A stretch of 37,389 bases of DNA from Callorhinchus milii (lineage: Eukaryota): NCBI RefSeq assembly GCF_018977255.1, contig NW_024705520.1, positions 1 through 37,389 on the forward strand, given 5' to 3'. The notes under the pieces were generated by a model. The model was not told the DNA's origin and did no database searches. It saw nothing but the letters and a program-made list of their open reading frames with translations. Shown in pieces: positions 33,908 through 37,389 of this stretch. The position numbers were made by a program, and so were the translations under genes. Each line of letters begins with the position of its first letter. Within the stretch, counting starts at the first letter, position 1.

Positions 33908-34563
33908 ATGGAATGAGGCGAAGGGACTGTGATGGTTTCCAAAGGTGGGGGCAGAAAAGAGAATGGATTTTGTATTTATTTGACTCCCGGTAGATTATTG
34001 TAAACTTGCACGTCTATGTCAGTAAACAAAACACACTGTGAGTTGTCAGACTGGTTGGATATACATTTCTGGGAATCGCCACTCCCTGTGGTAAGAGTCA
34101 AATTTCAGAATTTTTTCAGAGCATAAACAGCCTGAGAGCTGCCACTTTCCTGTCCAGCAACAGCGAACCACAGAGGGAAGAGAAGGGGAAAACAGTAGAA
34201 ATAGAATTAACAAAGTAAGGAAAAATGTAACAGATAGAAAACTAATGCACAGTTTTTCTGAAGTACTCTGTTTAACGGTGGTTAATAATTATATCAGTTA
34301 GTGAGTCCTGTATCACCTGGAGACAAGGTGTTTGCTCATGTTGTAAGTACAGGTCAGCAAGTAAACTTTTAACAGGTTCATGTTGGAATAGATGACCATA
34401 TCACCGCACTTTGCTGAACACTTTAATCTTTGTGGCTGAAACCATTTCAATCTATGGAAGTTTTAAAATCTCGATCAGCGAATTATAGACTCAGTGACTT
34501 GTCAGATGGTTGGCGGAGCTTTTGTGAGAGTCGCCCTCCCTATAGTGAGTGTCAGGTTTCAGA
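33908..34563 (+). repeat. Old duplicated segment, paralogous to 31415-32062
   Basis: See partner segment. Confidence 0.88.
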
Positions 34564-34717
34564 AAGTTTTCAGATGACAAACAGCCTGAGAACTGCTGTA
34601 GGAGGGCCAGGCAGCGGGTGATTCTGAAGGCTGAGAGGCGAGGAGTTAGAATATATATTCCTGGGCGGTGGGGTGTTAGAATACACTCTTTTTGTATACT
34701 GCTAGAATCATAATAGA

Positions 34718-35698
34718 TGTTGCGAATGGGTTAACTTTTAGTTAAGTGTGGGGGGGCAACTGGACTGACAGTCGTGGCATAGGACACATCTGGTTTTCTC
34801 TGTTTTTGGAAAGAATAACAGGACAGCTTTGGAAAAAGGGCAGGGGTCACCTCTTATCACATAATGACAACACGCCCACAGAGATAACGGTCCAAGGTAT
34901 CGGTCGACACAGGATCTCGACTGAGCAATAATTCGCTAGATTCTGACAGGGCCAAGCGACAGAAGGCAATCCTCAAGAATAGCAACTAATGAGCAAGTTG
35001 CTTAAACTGGAGGACTTTGGTACCATCCCGGGATACTGATAAGACATAACCAGTCACTTTAAAGGAAAGTACTAATGATCGCACACCACAAAATAATGAG
35101 CAGCCGATACAGCCCTAAACTGATCATCCTCTATGTTAGACGGTTAGATCAATAAGGGGTTAGGACAATGTTATGTGCGTTGAGGCACGTACACCCCATG
35201 AGGTATTCAAGTTAACCCAGCATGATTTCGACTGAGTGATCTGATGTCCGCACTATGATTGGACGAGCATCGGTATAAGAGTTCTGTTAACTTTGTAAAC
35301 GGGGCCGTCCCGGGTCGTGGAGATGAGGGTACGGGAGATGGGGCCGTTCCGGGTCGTGGAGACAAGGATACGGGAGATGGGGCCATCCCGGGTCGCGGAG
35401 ACCAGTGTACGGGTGATAGAAGACTGAGAGCTAGAAACACTAAGACTGAGGATATCAGAGGGAAGATTGAAAGCTGTAAGCAAGAAGACTGAGAGCATGA
35501 ATAATTAAGCTTGTGTGCTGTAAAGACACAGTGTTGAACTCGAGATATCTACGGTGGTACTGCTCTGTTATAAGATTTGTTGATTGTACCGGCCTTTGGT
35601 CTGGCCCATCGGGATAATCGGTGAATAACGCACGAATAATAATAAAACAGTCCGATATCTGGTTGCAAACGGATTATGGCTGATTTTATTTTCGAACA
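34718..35698 (+). mobile_element. Probable LTR (about 980 bp) with an internal 3x39-bp repeat (35301-35417)
   Basis: TGTTGCGAA...TTCGAACA termini. ATTGG at about 35258 then TATAAGA at about 35274. AATAAA at 35641. No TSD seen. Confidence 0.6.
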
Positions 35699-36442
35699 TG
35701 AGGTACCCATGCTTTGACTCTTGCCAATTTGTGCCGAATACTTTCAGGGACAAGGCTGAAAGTAGATATGCCACTGGGCCATTCCATTCTAAGCAAAGCG
35801 TGTTTGATGTGTTGGTGGGTGGAAGCATTCTCAGTCTGGTTTGGATATCCTTAATCACGGTGATGGGTTGGTACATGTGTCAGACACTCGACAACCAAAT
35901 CACATACTACAGGATCGAGTGGAGCGAGATGATGATGATAATACAATACAACATCACATTTGTATAGCGTCATTCATGTCGGGAGAACATAATGATAGAG
36001 ATATGGAGACTGGTGTAGGATCGCAAACAAGCTGCAGTTTTGTATGGTCTGCAGTTTGAGTAGAGTGCGGTATTTGAATGCCATTGAGTAAGGGATTCAT
36101 ATAGTCTGGCTCCAATAGTATATAAAGATGTATATAATGTTTTTGGACACAACCAGGGAAGGAGGTGTGAGACGTGCAGCTGCAGGTAAGGCAATATTAT
36201 AGAGGTGAGGCGAAAAGCCAGCGTGAGTGAGAGACAAGTTACATGGGATTAAAGGACTGTTAAGGTGGAATAAGACAATATCTTCTCTCATTGGCACAGA
36301 AACGTGAATTTAGCTTTGATTACAGATGATGCCGTCAACACCTAGGGTGAGTAAATACTGTCAAGACTCAAACAGGTGAGCTCCGTCTTGACTACATTCA
36401 ACTGAAGATAGACGGAGATCAATCAGCATTTGATGTCTTACA

Positions 36443-37305
36443 GTGTGTGTTTGTTAGTGCTGGTGTCATGGGACTGAGTTGAAGTATGTGTGTGTCGGCG
36501 TTGGGTGGCGTGGGGCTGAGCTGTGTGAAGTGTGTGTGTGTCAGTGTTGTGACTTGGGGGTTAGTTGTGGAAGTATATGTGCGTCATTGTTTGGTGGCGT
36601 GCAGCTGAGATGGTGAAAGTGTGTGTATCAGTGTTGGTAACATGCATCTGAGTTGGTGAAATATTTGTGTCAGTATTGGTAAGATGGAGCTGAGATGGTG
36701 AAGTGTGCGTATCAGTTTGTGAGGACACCATGGGGCTGAGCTGATGGAGTTTGTGTGTGTCATTGTTGGTGACATGGAGCTGAGTTGGTGAAGTTGTGTT
36801 TCAGCGTTGGTAACATGGAGCTGAGCTGGCTGTGTGTGTGTCATGTTGGTGAGGCAACATGGAGCTGAGCTTGTGGAATGTGTTGATGTCAGTGTTGGTA
36901 AGGGCACCTGGTGCTGATCTGGTGAAGTATGTGTGGGTCAGTGTTGTTGAGGACACTATGGGGCTTTGCTGGTGAAGAGTGTGTCAGTGTCTGTGGCATG
37001 GGGCTGAGTTGGAGAATTGGGTGTGTTAGTCTTGGTTACATGGGGCTGAGCTAGAGAAGTCTGCGTGTGTCAGTGTTGGTGGCATAGGGCTGAGCTGGTA
37101 AAGTGTGTGTGTGTCAGTGTTGGTGGCAAGATGCTGGGTTGTAGATATGTATCAGTGTTGATGACGAGGTGCTCAGTAGGGGAAGTAGGTGATGGTGGCA
37201 TGGGGCTGATTTTGGGGATGTCTGTGGGACAGTCTTGGTGAGGACACCATGGGGCTGATCTGGAGTGTGTTTTTATCAGTATTGGTGGCATGGAGCTGGG
37301 CTGGG
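36443..37305. repeat. ~42-bp minisatellite GTGTGTGTCAGTGTTGGTGGCATGGGGCTGAGCTGGTGAAGT
   Basis: About 20 degenerate tandem copies. Confidence 0.88.
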
Positions 37306-37389
37306 CAACAACAACAACAACAAGATTCCATTTATAAAGCGCCTTTCACGTCAGGAGGACGTCCCAAGGCGATGCAGAGTTGGGTCATG
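37306..37389 (-). mobile_element. L2-type LINE 3' tail (runs off the window)
   Basis: (CAA)n followed by AGCGCCTTTCACGTCAGGAGGACGTCCCAAGGCG. Confidence 0.85.

Noticed and set aside
35301..37305. CRISPR-like or coding interpretation of the 39-bp and 42-bp repeats
   Set aside because: Head-to-tail repeats without unique spacers, in eukaryotic DNA, with no cas genes.

Overview
Vertebrate genomic DNA, very rich in simple repeats, L2-type LINE fragments and tRNA/Deu-type SINEs. The repeat set and gene style suggest a cartilaginous fish, possibly a chimaera (inference). The main object is a spliced + strand locus at 4285-21021. Four canonical TRIM exons (411/96/231/23 nt: RING, B-box2, coiled-coil) are followed not by PRY/SPRY (B30.2) exons but by seven phase-2 ribonuclease-inhibitor/NLR-type LRR exons ending in a stop and ATTAAA. 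I found no NACHT or B30.2 exon anywhere in the window, so this looks like a TRIM(RBCC)-LRR chimera with an ISRE just upstream of the ATG. Two LRR exons are frameshifted in this sequence (169 and 86 nt) and three arose by a recent ~1.57-kb tandem duplication, so it may be a functional gene, one that skips exons, or a decaying fusion. A CpG-rich first-exon/promoter unit of a minus-strand gene (MAAETT|gt) occurs twice, at 0.7 kb and 29 kb, bracketing the locus. The rest is transposon debris, two probable solo LTRs, satellites and an old ~2.5-kb duplication. Most ORFs in the supplied track are low-complexity artefacts.
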